Shown here in pieces: positions 28,848-40,483 of a stretch of DNA of 64,000 nt. Both the position numbers and the translations under genes were made by a program. The notes under the pieces are model-generated. The model was given only the letters and a program-made list of their open reading frames with translations. It did not search any database and had not been told where the DNA came from. This DNA comes from Octopus sinensis (taxonomy: Eukaryota), in assembly GCF_006345805.1 (NCBI RefSeq), contig NC_043010.1, forward strand, positions 21,452,001 through 21,516,000. The letters are read 5' to 3'. The stretch's first letter is position 1. Every line of letters begins with the position of its first letter.

Positions 28848-29275
28848 GGCGCAGGAGTGGCTGTGTGGTAAGTAGCTTGTTTACCAACCACATGGTTCCG
28901 GGTTCAGTCCCACTGCGTGGCACCCTGGGTAAGTGTCTTCTACTATAGCCTCGGGCCGACCAAAGCTTGTGAGTGGATTTGTAGACGGAAGCTGAAAGAA
29001 GCCCGTCGTATATATGTATATATATATATATATTATATATATATATATATATCGTGTGTGTGTTTGTGTGTCTGTGATTGTCCCCCTAGCATTGCTTGAC
29101 AACCGAAGCTGGTGTGTTTATGACCCCGTTACTTAGCGGTTCGGAAAAAGAGACCGATAGAATAAGTATTGGGCTTACAAAAGAATAAGTCCCGGGGTCG
29201 AGTTGCTCGATTAAAGGCGGTGCTCCAGCATGGCCGCGTCAAATGACTGAAAGAACTAAAAAAAAGAGTAAAAGA
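28848..29275 (+). mobile_element. SINE family A, full length
   Basis: tRNA-like head ggagtggctgtgtggtaag...ggttcagtccc, internal (TA)/(TG) tract, tail ttagcggttcgg...ggcggtgctccagcatggcc...aaatgactgaa. Repeated elsewhere in the window. Confidence 0.85.
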
Positions 29276-29325
29276 TATATATATATATATGTATACATAC
29301 ATAAATATATATATTATATATATAT

Positions 29326-29364
<39 letters not shown>

Positions 29365-29401
29365 AAAAAAGTTGAGTTGTGGGGTATCGCACGACTGGGA
29401 T

Positions 29402-31630
29402 TATATATGAAAAAAGGTTTGAAAATGCAATTTAAACGATGTTTATTTACTTAACCGGTTTCACTCTTTGGTAAAAGATTGTCAAAAGTAACTTTGAATA
29501 TTATGGGTTCAAAAAAGCTTTTTACATAATTGTCACATTGAATATTATGATTCAAAATGTTTTTTTAATACATAATTGTCACATTACATGTATAAATATA
29601 GTATAAAAAAGTTCAATAGTATGATGAGAATATTTGGAAAAATTGGCAGAAAAGAATAAAACAAATATATTATGGAAATTTGGTTGCGTTAATTATTGGT
29701 TGTCGCAAATTGTCACATACATGTATATATATACAGTCTTTGGTAGAAAGACATGTTAAAGACATAAGGAAGTGTAATAGTTTGGTGAGAAAGCTTGTAA
29801 TATTGACAGAGAAAATTAAAATGGATATTTTAGACATCTCAGAATATTTTGAATCGAAGGCGAGAATTTGTTTTTTACTGACCTGTTTGTTTTAGCAGAA
29901 AGTTGGATTGAGAGAAAAAAAGATATGTACCCAGTTTGGTTTATACTTCCCCTTCAAGCATCAGTGATTTTGGGGTTATTGGGAGGTGCGTGGGGGGGGT
30001 GTGAATAGATGTGTCCGTGCGCCTGCTGGTCAGACAGCGTCTGTTTGTCACACACATATATACACACACACACAACAACAATACACACACACACATAGCT
30101 ACACCACACACACACACATACACACAAACACACACACACAGAACACACAAACACACACAACGCACCCACATATATAATATATACACACAGAACACAAATA
30201 TAACATGTATTATATATAATATACACACATATATAACACATACACACCACAAACACACACACACACACACCACACAACACAACACACGCACACATATATA
30301 CATAATATAAATATCACACCCAATACACCTAGCATATATATACACATACAATACACATACACAGCATGTATATAATACACATACAATATATGCATGCAAT
30401 ATACATACGCAATACATACATATAATATATAATATATATAGACAATGCATATAATATATACATATATACATATAAATAGTGTTTACATACACATACATAG
30501 ATATACCACATATACACACAATATACATACATACAATGCATACACCATACACGTACGCAACATATAATATATATAGACACACACACACATAACATACATA
30601 CACAATGCATACATATATATACACGCAACGTATATACATGTATTCATGTATATATAGCACACTTACAATATACATATATACAATGCACACATACACACAT
30701 ATATATACACTTAATTGTACACATACATATACAGTACACATACATACAATATACATATACACAATGCGCATGCAAATAATGCACATGTCTATACACACAC
30801 ATACATGAAAATATATATACACACACACACATACACAACACACATATATATACACATAATATTATATACATATACATACATACATACATGCACATACATA
30901 TATTTTTTCACACACATACACAACACATATATATATAAAAATTCACACACACACCCACACACACAAAATACAAACCTATAGCGTACACACTCAAATATAG
31001 CTCTACATACCGCACACACACACAAACAATGTACTCACATATACACACATACCATGCATATACACACACAGCACACATCACAATATATATAATAAAAACA
31101 GATACACAGGTAAATACATACCACGTACTCAATGCTCACCACACACACACACATACACACACACACGCACACAGTGCACAACACACACAACATATATACA
31201 CACGTGCACACACACACACACAACGCGCGCACACACAACACACATACACACACGCACACAACACACACATACATATACACACGCGCCACACACAAAGTGC
31301 ACACTCACACACACACACCACAACACCCACACACTACATACCTACATATATATAATGCATGCGTGTGCGTGCCACGTATGTGTGCGGTCAATGCCGCTAG
31401 TGTGTACTATGCGTGCCGATGCGCGCATGTGCCGCCCGCACGATATGCTGTGAGTGTGCGCGTGCCCCTGCGTGCCTGCTCTGGATGTGTGCCCAGGGGG
31501 GTATGTTAGAGTATGTTTAGTTGTGGTCTGTATTTTTGAATAAGATTACATTCCTTATTTATCGGTTGGTCTGTGGTGTTGTCCGAGCATTGGTATAGTG
31601 GGAAGACTAAGAATTTGGGGGACTTATTGT
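29402..31630 (-). repeat. Left inverted pseudo-LTR arm
   Basis: Reverse complement of 35062-37298 through unique and CA/TG-rich parts. Differences seen are mostly indels in homopolymer or dinucleotide runs. Confidence 0.92.
29447..29491 (-). ncRNA. Identical hammerhead-like motif in the left pLTR arm
   Basis: Exact reverse complement of 37209-37253. Confidence 0.55.
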
Positions 31631-32915
31631 TGCCACAAGAAATCCTCGAAACTTTCAACCATAATAAACAAAGTCGAAACAATCGCACTTATACCTAAAT
31701 GGACTCATGGAGGCCAAAACAACCAATCAAATCCCTGACATGATCGCAACACTGCAAAACTAATGAAATCCATAGAGACGGCAGTGCTCCCAAAGCAGGA
31801 GCAAACTAAAGACTGCTTCTCAGTTAAAAGCTCTCTAAACAACACCTGGAGTAAAAATCTCAAAGCGCGTAAGTTTGCCTTCTGGAATTTCATAAAAATA
31901 GCAACAAAGCTGACATTATGAAAAGTGGCTCAACTCCACCCCTATCATCCTACCCAGAAAACTACAAATAAAACCCATCCAAAATGAACCAGAAAACACA
32001 AAAAAAACCTCAGGGAGAAACTAGCTTTTGAAAAATTCAAAACGGAAGTAGAACTCTTGCGGCTCAGAGCCAACGCCAGTGAAGAAACATTCAAGACCCT
32101 TGACAATGAAATGCAGATTGAAATCTCAAAACACTGTGAAGGAGCACTCCTTGATGAAACCACCAAACTGTGGAGAAAAAACTGCGAGGATGAAGAACTA
32201 ACATCCCTCCAGCGAATGGAAAAAAACAGCTGGTTCGCCAATTATGAAACAGAGTTCACAAAGGAACACCTTTCAAGCAACCCATATTTTAAAATATCTA
32301 CCTCAACTCACACCCCTCGCCAAAAAACAAAGAAAACCAACCACAAAACACCGAACACACACCACCCCTAACATCGACAACAACAAAACACAGAACTTAC
32401 AGACAGCACTACAATCCCATCAAAAGAACCGAGACACCCATCATCACAAGACAAAACTTTACCAGACAACGTAGACCCCAACCCACACAAGAACCGTTCC
32501 AGATTCGGAGATCCTACCCATCACTTAGAAACCATCTCTGAACTATGATTGTAGATTCCAACCCAAAACCGCTCCTAACTCAGAGTTCTCCCCCAACATA
32601 TAGGAATTCACTTCTAAACCATGAATGTAATTTCCAACCCACTCTAAGGAACCAACATTACACCCAGGACAAACAACCCAGACCCTGGAATAACCAAAAC
32701 TCTTCCAGGAGGCCACACCAACAACCCAGACCCTGGAACAACCAAAACCTCTTCAACAGACAATATATCAACGGGGGACAGAATCACAACAACCAAAACC
32801 TCTTCAACAGACAACATATCAACGGGGGACAGAATCACATACAGCAAAATACCGCAGATAGAAGAACCCCCAGGATTCCTTTTTTAGGCAAGGGCATCAG
32901 TTTCCACGACACCAG
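31631..32915 (+). pseudogene. N-terminal part of the PLE ORF (5'-truncated, several indels)
   Basis: Fragments TWSKNLKARKFAFWNF, WLNSTPIILPRKLQIK, LRLRANASEETFKTLDNEMQIEI..LWRKNCEDEELTS, then an N/Q/P/T-rich low-complexity segment. Same strand and A/C-rich composition as the RT and directly upstream of it. Confidence 0.7.
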
Positions 32916-34660
32916 ATGGTAGATACCAACCCCGAAAAACCAAAAATAGTGAATCTCTCTAACCTAAACCTGTCGACACCACAAATAAAAATCCTTTCAA
33001 GAGGACTAAAATTCACCCCAACTCCGCAATACCCTAACCTGAGGGAAATACAGGATGACATCTCACACTTTTGCAGAAAATTACGCCTCACAGAGGAATT
33101 TTTTGACAGGAAAACTAATAATAACGACGAATCAATGGTCCGTAACAAAAGCAACTATAATCCCATAAAAGGCAAAAACAAAACCTTAGACAAATTTTGC
33201 GATTACATCTCAAACTTCCCTTATGGTGAACTCCCACAACCTAAACTCAAACCCAACACCAGTAAAAGAGAATGGGAAATCATCCATACGCTACGAGACA
33301 ATCATAACGTCACAATAAAGGAAGCTGATAAGGGTAGTACGGTCGTTGTTATGAATACTGAGCAATATAAAAACTCTGTATCTCTCCTTTTAGAGGATAC
33401 CACATACTATGAGAGAGTAGTCGACTACCAGCAATCCAAAACAATGACCAAACTGAAGGCACTCATTTACCAACACCGGAATGACTTGACAGCAAAGGAA
33501 TGCGACTACATTACTAATTTAATTGCAAAACCAGCACACTCTATGGGCTTCCAAAAATACACAAGAGTCAAATTATCACAGAAGCTTGCAAAAAGTCCAC
33601 TTCAACCTGCATCACTATACCACATCCCACTGATCTCAAACTGAGACCAATAGTGGCAGGCCCAAGTTGTGAAACACACAGACTTAGCAACTTTATAGAT
33701 ATCATCTTAAAGCCAATACTGAAACACATTCCAAGTATTGTAAGAGATGACCTGGACCTATTAAATCATCTCCCCAAACATGCCGATAAAGACACCTTAA
33801 TCGTTTCTTTTGATGTTATTAATCTTTACACCACAATCCCACATGAATATGGACTGGAAGCCATTAAATTCTGGCTGGATAAATATCCCAATGAGATCCC
33901 GGAAAGAATTAAAAAAGAATTCATAATTGAGGGCCTCAAATTTATTCTGCAAAACAACTTCATGTATTTCCACAACAACACTTACAGACAGGTCTCAGGA
34001 ACTGCAATGGGTACGAAAGTTGCACCTACCTATGCAAACCTGGTGATGGCCTACCTGGAATCACATATCTATGAAAAATCCAAATATAAGTACGGCCAGT
34101 CTTTCCACAAATACCTGTTGGAGAACTGGAAACGCTACTTAGATGATTGCCTCATCCTATGGTCCCACACACTCGACCAACTTAAAGACTTCAAAAACCT
34201 TATCAACAGTGTTAATAACAACATTCAATTCACAATGGAATATAGTCAGGACCAACTCCCTTTTCTTGACATCCTAATCATTAAAAAAGGCGTCAACATT
34301 GAAACTGACATCCATTACAAACCCACTGACTCTAAACAATACCTTCTATTCACCTCCAATCACCCAAAACACACAAAGACAAATATCCCCTTCAACCTAG
34401 CGAGAAGAATCTGCACTATTGTCTCAAATGACACAACACGAAATAGAAGACTCCGGGAACTAAGGGCAATTCTTCTCGAAAGACATTACCCGGCATCACT
34501 AGTAGACAACGGAATAGAACGGGCCAAATCAATCAACATTCAAGACCTACGAAAACCCAAACACATCCACAGTACAGTAAATAGCCTCCCTATCTCTCAA
34601 CACACAACCCAAGGAATGCAGAAGCTTACACTATTATATACAACAACATTCCACAACTAA
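32916..34660 (+). CDS. PLE reverse transcriptase (frameshifted as given)
   Basis: ORFs 32916..33644 and 33653..34660 contain IVNLS, EADKGSTVVVM, SFDVINLYTTIP (motif A), GTAMGTKVAPTYANL (B'), WKRYLDDC (YxDD), LPFLD and the PLE thumb YKPTDSKQYL..SNHPKHTK..IP..LARR. One extra T in the run at 33518-33520 joins the two ORFs and restores LYGLPKIHK...LRPIVAG. Confidence 0.93.
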
Positions 34661-34789
34661 ATCAAGACCCACGCCTGAAAAAAATACTGGCAGCTCATAA
34701 AATAATAAAAAGTAAGAGACAACCTAAATCCCTAAAAAACCTCCTCACCAACGCAAAATTACACAACACAAACCCACCGCCCACCATCA

Positions 34790-35189
34790 AAAATGTGGTC
34801 GCCCCAATTGCAAGACCTGCATCCACCTCATTGAGGGATCGTCGTACAAGTTCCACTCGGGACACACATTCATCATAAAAAATAATTTCACGTGCGCATC
34901 AAAAAATTTACTCTACGTCATAAGGTGTGAAGGATGCCACGAAGACTACATAGGGCAAACGAGCCTTACCCTCAGAGAAAGAATGACAGTTCACCGACAA
35001 CAACTGAGGGACCCCTCCACAAGACAGATACCACTAAGTGGACACTTAGACCTTTGTGCACACAATAAGTCCCCCAAATTCTTAGTCTTCCCACTATACC
35101 AATGCTCGGACAACACCACAGACCAAACACGAATAAATAAGGAATGTAATCTTATTCAAAAATACAGACCACAACTAAACATACTCTAA
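34790..35189 (+). CDS. PLE GIY-YIG endonuclease with upstream Cys motif
   Basis: Manual translation: CGRPNCKTC...FTCASKNLLYVIRCEGCHEDYIGQTSLTLRERMTVHRQQ...LSGHL...KECNLIQKYRPQLNIL*. The C-x4-C-x2-C linker and the CxxC between the GIY and YIG halves are typical of Neptune-group PLEs. Confidence 0.9.
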
Positions 35190-37298
35190 CATACCCCCTG
35201 GGCACACATCCAGAGCAGGCACACAGGGGCACGCGCACACTCACAGCATATCGTGCGGGCGGGCACATGCGCGCATCGGCACGCATAGGACACACTAGCG
35301 GGCATTGACCGCACACATACGTGGCACGCACACGCATGCATTATATATATGTAGGTTATGTATGTGTGTGTGGTGTTGTGTGTGTGGTGTGAGTGTGCAC
35401 GTTGTGTGTGGTGCGCGTGTGTATATGTATGTGTGTGTGTTGTGTGCGTGTGTGTATGTGTGTGTGTGCGCGCGTTGTGTGTGTGTGTGTGCACGTGTGT
35501 ATATATGTGTGTGTGTGTGTGTGCACTGTGTGCGTGTGTGTGTGTATGTGTGTGTGTGTGTGAGCATTGTGTACGTGTGTATGTATTTACATGTGTATCT
35601 TTTTATATATATATATATATATATGTGGTGTGCTGTGTGTGTATATGCATGGTATGTGTGTATATGTGAGTACATTGTTTGTGTGTGTGTGCGGTATGTA
35701 GAGATATATTTGAGTGTGTACGCTATAGGTTTGTATTTTGTGTGTGTGGGTGTGTGTGTGAATTTTATATATATATGTGTGTGTATGTGTGTGAAAAAAT
35801 ATATGTATGTGCATGTATGTATGTATGTATATGTATATATATATATATATGTGTATATATATATGTGTGTGTGTATGTGTGTGTGTGTATATATATTTTC
35901 ATGTATGTGTGTGTATAGACATGTGCATTATTTGCATGCGCATTGTGTATATGTATATTGTATGTATGTGTACTGTATATGTATGTGTACAATTAAGTGT
36001 ATATATGTGTGTATGTGTGCATTGTATATATGTATATTGTAAGTGTGCTATATATACATGAATACATGTATATACGTTGCGTGTATATATATGTATGCAT
36101 TGTGTATGTATGTTATGTGTGTGTGTGTCTATATATATTATATGTATGCGTACGTGTATGTGTATGCATTGTATGTATGTATATTGTGTGTATATGTGGT
36201 ATATCTATGTATGTGTATGTAAACACTATTTATATGTATATGTATATATGTATATGCATTGTCTATATATATATATTATATGTATGTATTGCGTATGTAT
36301 ATTGCATGCATATATTGTGTATGTGTATTATATACATGCTGTGTATGTGTATTGTATGTGTATATATATGCTAGGTGTATTTGTGTGATATTTATATTAT
36401 GTATATATGTGTGCGTGTGTTGTGTGTGTGTGGTGTGTGTGTGTGTGTGTTGTGTGTGTATGTGTTATATATGTGTGTATATTATATATAAATACATGTT
36501 ATATTTGTGTGCTGTGTGTATATATTATATATGTGGGTGCGTTGTGTGTGTGTGTGTTCTGTGTGTGTGTGTTGTGTGTATGTGGTGTGTGTGTGTGTAT
36601 GCTATGTGTGTGTGTGTATTGTTGTGTGTGTGGGTGTATATGTGTGTGACAAACAGACGCTGTCTGACCAGCAGCGCACGGACACATCTATTCACACCCG
36701 CATACTCACCTCCCAATAACCCCAAAATCACTGATGCTTGAAGGGGAAGTATAAACCAAACTGGGTACATATCTTTTTTCTCTCAATCCAACTTTTCTGC
36801 TAAAACAAACAGGTCAGTAAAAAACAAATTCTCGCCTTCGATTCAAAATATTCTGAGATGTCTAAAATATCCATTTTAATTTTCTCTGTCAATATTACAA
36901 GCTTTCTCACCAAACTATTACACTTCCTTATGTCTTTAACATGTCCTTTCTACCAAAGACTGTATATATATACATGTAATGTGACAATTTGCGACAACCA
37001 ATAATTAACGCAACCAAATTTCCAATAATATATTTGTTTTATTCTTTTCTGCCAATTTTTCCAAATATTCTCATCATACTATTGAACTTTTTTATACTAT
37101 ATTTATACATGTAATGTGACAATTATGTATAAAAAAACATTTTTGAATTCATAATATTCAATGTGACAATTATGTAAAAAACTTTTTTTGAACCCATAAT
37201 ATTCAAAGTTACTTTTGACAATCTTTTACCAAAGAGTGAAACCGGTTAAGTAAATAAACATCGTTTAAATTGCATTTTCAAACCTTTTTTCATATATA
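35062..37298 (+). repeat. Right pseudo-LTR arm (EN C-terminus + 3' UTR)
   Basis: Contains the last ~125 nt of the ORF, ~1.3 kb of degenerate TG-rich tract and ~640 bp of unique AT-rich sequence. Ends in (TA)n. Confidence 0.92.
37209..37253 (+). ncRNA. Minimal type-I hammerhead-like motif (U3:A8 variant) at the pLTR 3' end
   Basis: TTACTT-TTGACAA-TCTTT(TACC)AAAGA-GT-GAAA-CCGG-TT-AAGTAA: 6-bp stem I, 5-bp stem II, palindromic stem-III loop. The extra GT before GAAA is non-canonical. Confidence 0.55.
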
Positions 37299-37392
37299 TA
37301 TATATGTATATGTATATATATTTGCAAAGATAATCTGGAACTCGACTGAGGAAAGAAAACTCCGAATGACCCATCCTTGTTATATATATATA

Positions 37393-37774
37393 TAACCTTT
37401 TATCAGTCACTTCTTTTTTTTACGTTGGTAGTAATTCTATCGTTGTCGTTTGCCGAACTGCTAATTTAAAGGGAGGTAAACACCAATAGTGGTTGTCAAC
37501 ACAGTCCGAAAGACACACACAGACACATAGATATCCACCACCTCCCACACACATGCGCACACATACATCACCAAATCTACAAGCCTTGGTCGTCCCGACC
37601 TTGTAGATTTGGTGATGTGTGTGTGTGGGGGGGGATATCTATATGTCTGTGTGTGTCTTTCGGACTGTGTTGACAACCACTATTGGTGTTTACCTCCCTT
37701 TAAATTAGCAGTTCAGCAAACGACAACGATAGAATTACTACCAACGTAAAAAAAAAGAAGTGACTGATAAAAGG

Positions 37775-37776
<2 letters not shown>
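37393..37776. repeat. Near-perfect palindrome (~190-bp arms) made from a SINE-A remnant
   Basis: 37393-37592 pairs with 37596-37776. Apex GGTCG-TCC-CGACC. Confidence 0.9.
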
Positions 37777-37814
<38 letters not shown>

Positions 37815-37818
<4 letters not shown>

Positions 37819-37898
37819 TGTCCAAGATGCCACGCAGTGGAACTGAACCCGGATGTTGGGAAGCAAGCCTCTTTCCACACAGCCACACCTGTGCGCCT
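37815..37898 (-). mobile_element. SINE family A head fragment
   Basis: gccacgcagtggaactgaacccgg...ccacacagccac.cctg.gcc. Confidence 0.7.
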
Positions 37899-39789
37899 GT
37901 CTGTTGAATATAAGGAGCGAAACAAGGATCGAATGCAAACTTATAAGCTTGTTTTGTAGTGTTTATGTAATTTTAGCTTCCTCTTGAAAAGTATATGCAG
38001 AGAGAGAGAGAGAGAGAAAGAGAGAGGGGGAGAAGAGAAAGAGAGAGATAGAGTGAGAGGGAAAGGAGCGGAGAAATTAAAGACTTGGTTCTGTCTTTTG
38101 TTCAGTCCTTTCGGCTCTTTATCCGCTGCCCTAACAATCATCTTAGTGTATTCTCCAATGAAATATTGCCAAAGGAAATTTTAGTAACCTCTGTGACATT
38201 TCGATGGGCTTTGGTCTAGCAGACACAGTGGATTGCCACATCAAATATTTTCACATATTTCGTTTTGCTTCTTTATTTCTTCATATTTTGATTTGAAATT
38301 CTTCCGTTCTGAAAGCAACTTTACGATTCATCCTTCCGTGGTCAGTAAGATATAGTCAAGTACTTGACTAAAAGCATCTAAGATGTAAAGAAAATTATGA
38401 CAGGAAACTACAAGATATTTTCGCTTTCATCCTTCCAGGATCGATGAAATGTGGCCATGTTAAGTTGTTGGTTGGATTTAGTCTATTAATCATTCTCCTA
38501 ATGTTTATAATGCTTTGTCTATTTTATAAATCATTATAGGCTAATGGTGGTTGCTAAAAACGGAAGGATTCTCAGCATCGACGGAGATTTAGATAAACCA
38601 CCTTTCTCTCTTCGCTACTGTCCTTTATGTTCTGTGTTCGCCTGCAACAACATTAGCGCCGAAATGTATCTGCGGAGGCGTTTGCCTTGTAAAACATTAG
38701 TGAAATAGAGACAGGAGATTTACAGCCTGGCCGAGCTTCCATAGATATAAAAGTCATCAGGAGTGTACTCTGAATAAGAATTTTCCAGGTGCCGTTATGT
38801 GTTTAACCCCGACCGAGAGCAGTCACGGACACACTGCGGACCGCGGGAGATTCTGAATGTCACGTCTAATATTATGAAGAAAATAACATAACTCGTGTCT
38901 CATGTGGCCCCCTCCATGACAAATGTTGCTTATGCCTGCATTCGAGATACAACTTCAACAATTCTATGTGAATTTCAATTTCTAGCCATTTCAGTTCGTG
39001 TTTATTGCTAAGAATTCTTTAAAGCCATTAACATTACAAATTTTGTTTAACCTTCATGTGATAATGTTAGACTTCATGCGCAGTTTTAGGAGCTACCTCG
39101 AAATATAATCTAACGTAATACCCTTGAGGTATCCAGGCAGAACCAGAAGCATCGATGTTTTTATTTAAGAAAAGTCTAAAAGAGAAACAGCTGCTATAAA
39201 ATGGCTACAACTACAGTTAAAGATTTATACTGTGGTTGAAATGTTAATAGAGCGAGTTAAAATTTTGACATAGATTCCAAGATCAATACAAAACTCTATG
39301 TGTCTTTAGTTATTCCATCAGTATTTCTCAAGGGGACATTATCCTCCGAACGGAAAATCTTATCTAAAATAAATACGTACAATCGCTGTTTGGCATTTCT
39401 TTAAAGAAATGAATGGTTCTATGAAGTGTGTGGTCGGTAAGATATTTAGGTAATGGTTTGGATGGATAATGTTTAGAGAAGCACGAATAGAAATTATTTT
39501 CAAGATGCAGTACTTCTCAAGAAGATTCTGTCGAATGGCGAACTGTGAAGCAACATCCTTCGAGCGACGTCGTCTTTTCTTTACATGTCAAGCGCTTCTC
39601 TTTCTCTGCGGCAAGTTGATAAAATATTCCACTACAGAGAATAATTTTGTAAAGTTTTCAAATACAACATGGCATATGTCTACCCAACGTCAATAACCTA
39701 ATGTTGATCTCTTCACAGTTCGGATTCCTTAATAATGTTGATTCTTGGTTAAAATTCAAAGGATTATTTGTGTAAAGTCATATCCAACC

Positions 39790-39790
39790 G

Positions 39791-39878
<88 letters not shown>

Positions 39879-40029
39879 CCTAAATCTCTGTCTGTCTCTC
39901 TCTCTCTCCCTATCTATCTATCTATCTATCTACCTATCTATCTATCTACCTATCTGTCTATCAATCATCCCTCTCTTTCTCTCTCTCTCTATCATCTCTC
40001 TCTCTGTCTATCTATCTACCTGTCTATCA

Positions 40030-40110
<81 letters not shown>

Positions 40111-40242
40111 CTCATTGTTTGTGTATCTATCTATCTGGCTATCATCTCTCTCTCTCTCTGTCTATCTATCTATTTAGCTATCTGTCTGTCTACCTTTCTG
40201 CCTATATACATATATTTAGTATTCTATCTTCACACACACACG

Positions 40243-40274
<32 letters not shown>

Positions 40275-40310
40275 CACGCACACGAACACACACGCGTGCG
40301 TGTGCGTGTA
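39790..40310. repeat. (TATC)n/(TC)n compound array followed by (CA)n
   Basis: Direct reading. Confidence 0.95.
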
Positions 40311-40448
40311 TAAATATAGATCGCCTATAGATATATGTATATGACAGAAATGTATATGCGTTAAGATATATCATATAATATACTTTCTCTATCACACACA
40401 TACACACACACATGCACACATACATACACACACACATGCACACACACC

Positions 40449-40483
<35 letters not shown>

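Larger units (their letters stand above)
29402..37298 (+). mobile_element. Penelope-like retroelement (Neptune-type), 5'-truncated, with ~2.2 kb inverted pseudo-LTRs
   Basis: RT and GIY-YIG coding segments on + at 31631-35189. 29402-31630 is the reverse complement of 35062-37298. The inner end of the inverted arm lies inside the endonuclease coding region (ORF 31506..31688(-) repeats NKSPKFLVFPLYQCSDNTTDQ...KECNLIQKYRPQLNIL of ORF 34983..35189(+)). Confidence 0.93.

Noticed and set aside
35350-36650. Telomeric repeat or telomere-associated (EN-minus) PLE
   Set aside because: No TTAGGG-type periodic array is present, and the element has a GIY-YIG endonuclease.
29402-37298. Interpretation of the long inverted arms as TIRs of a DNA transposon (Polinton, MULE or Foldback type) or LTRs of an LTR retrotransposon
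   Set aside because: The arms include the end of the GIY-YIG coding region and there is no transposase, integrase, protease or TG..CA ends. The structure matches an inverted PLE pseudo-LTR.
38540-39000. GC-richer stretch, possible promoter or UTR exon
   Set aside because: Composition alone is not evidence, and no motif or ORF supports it.
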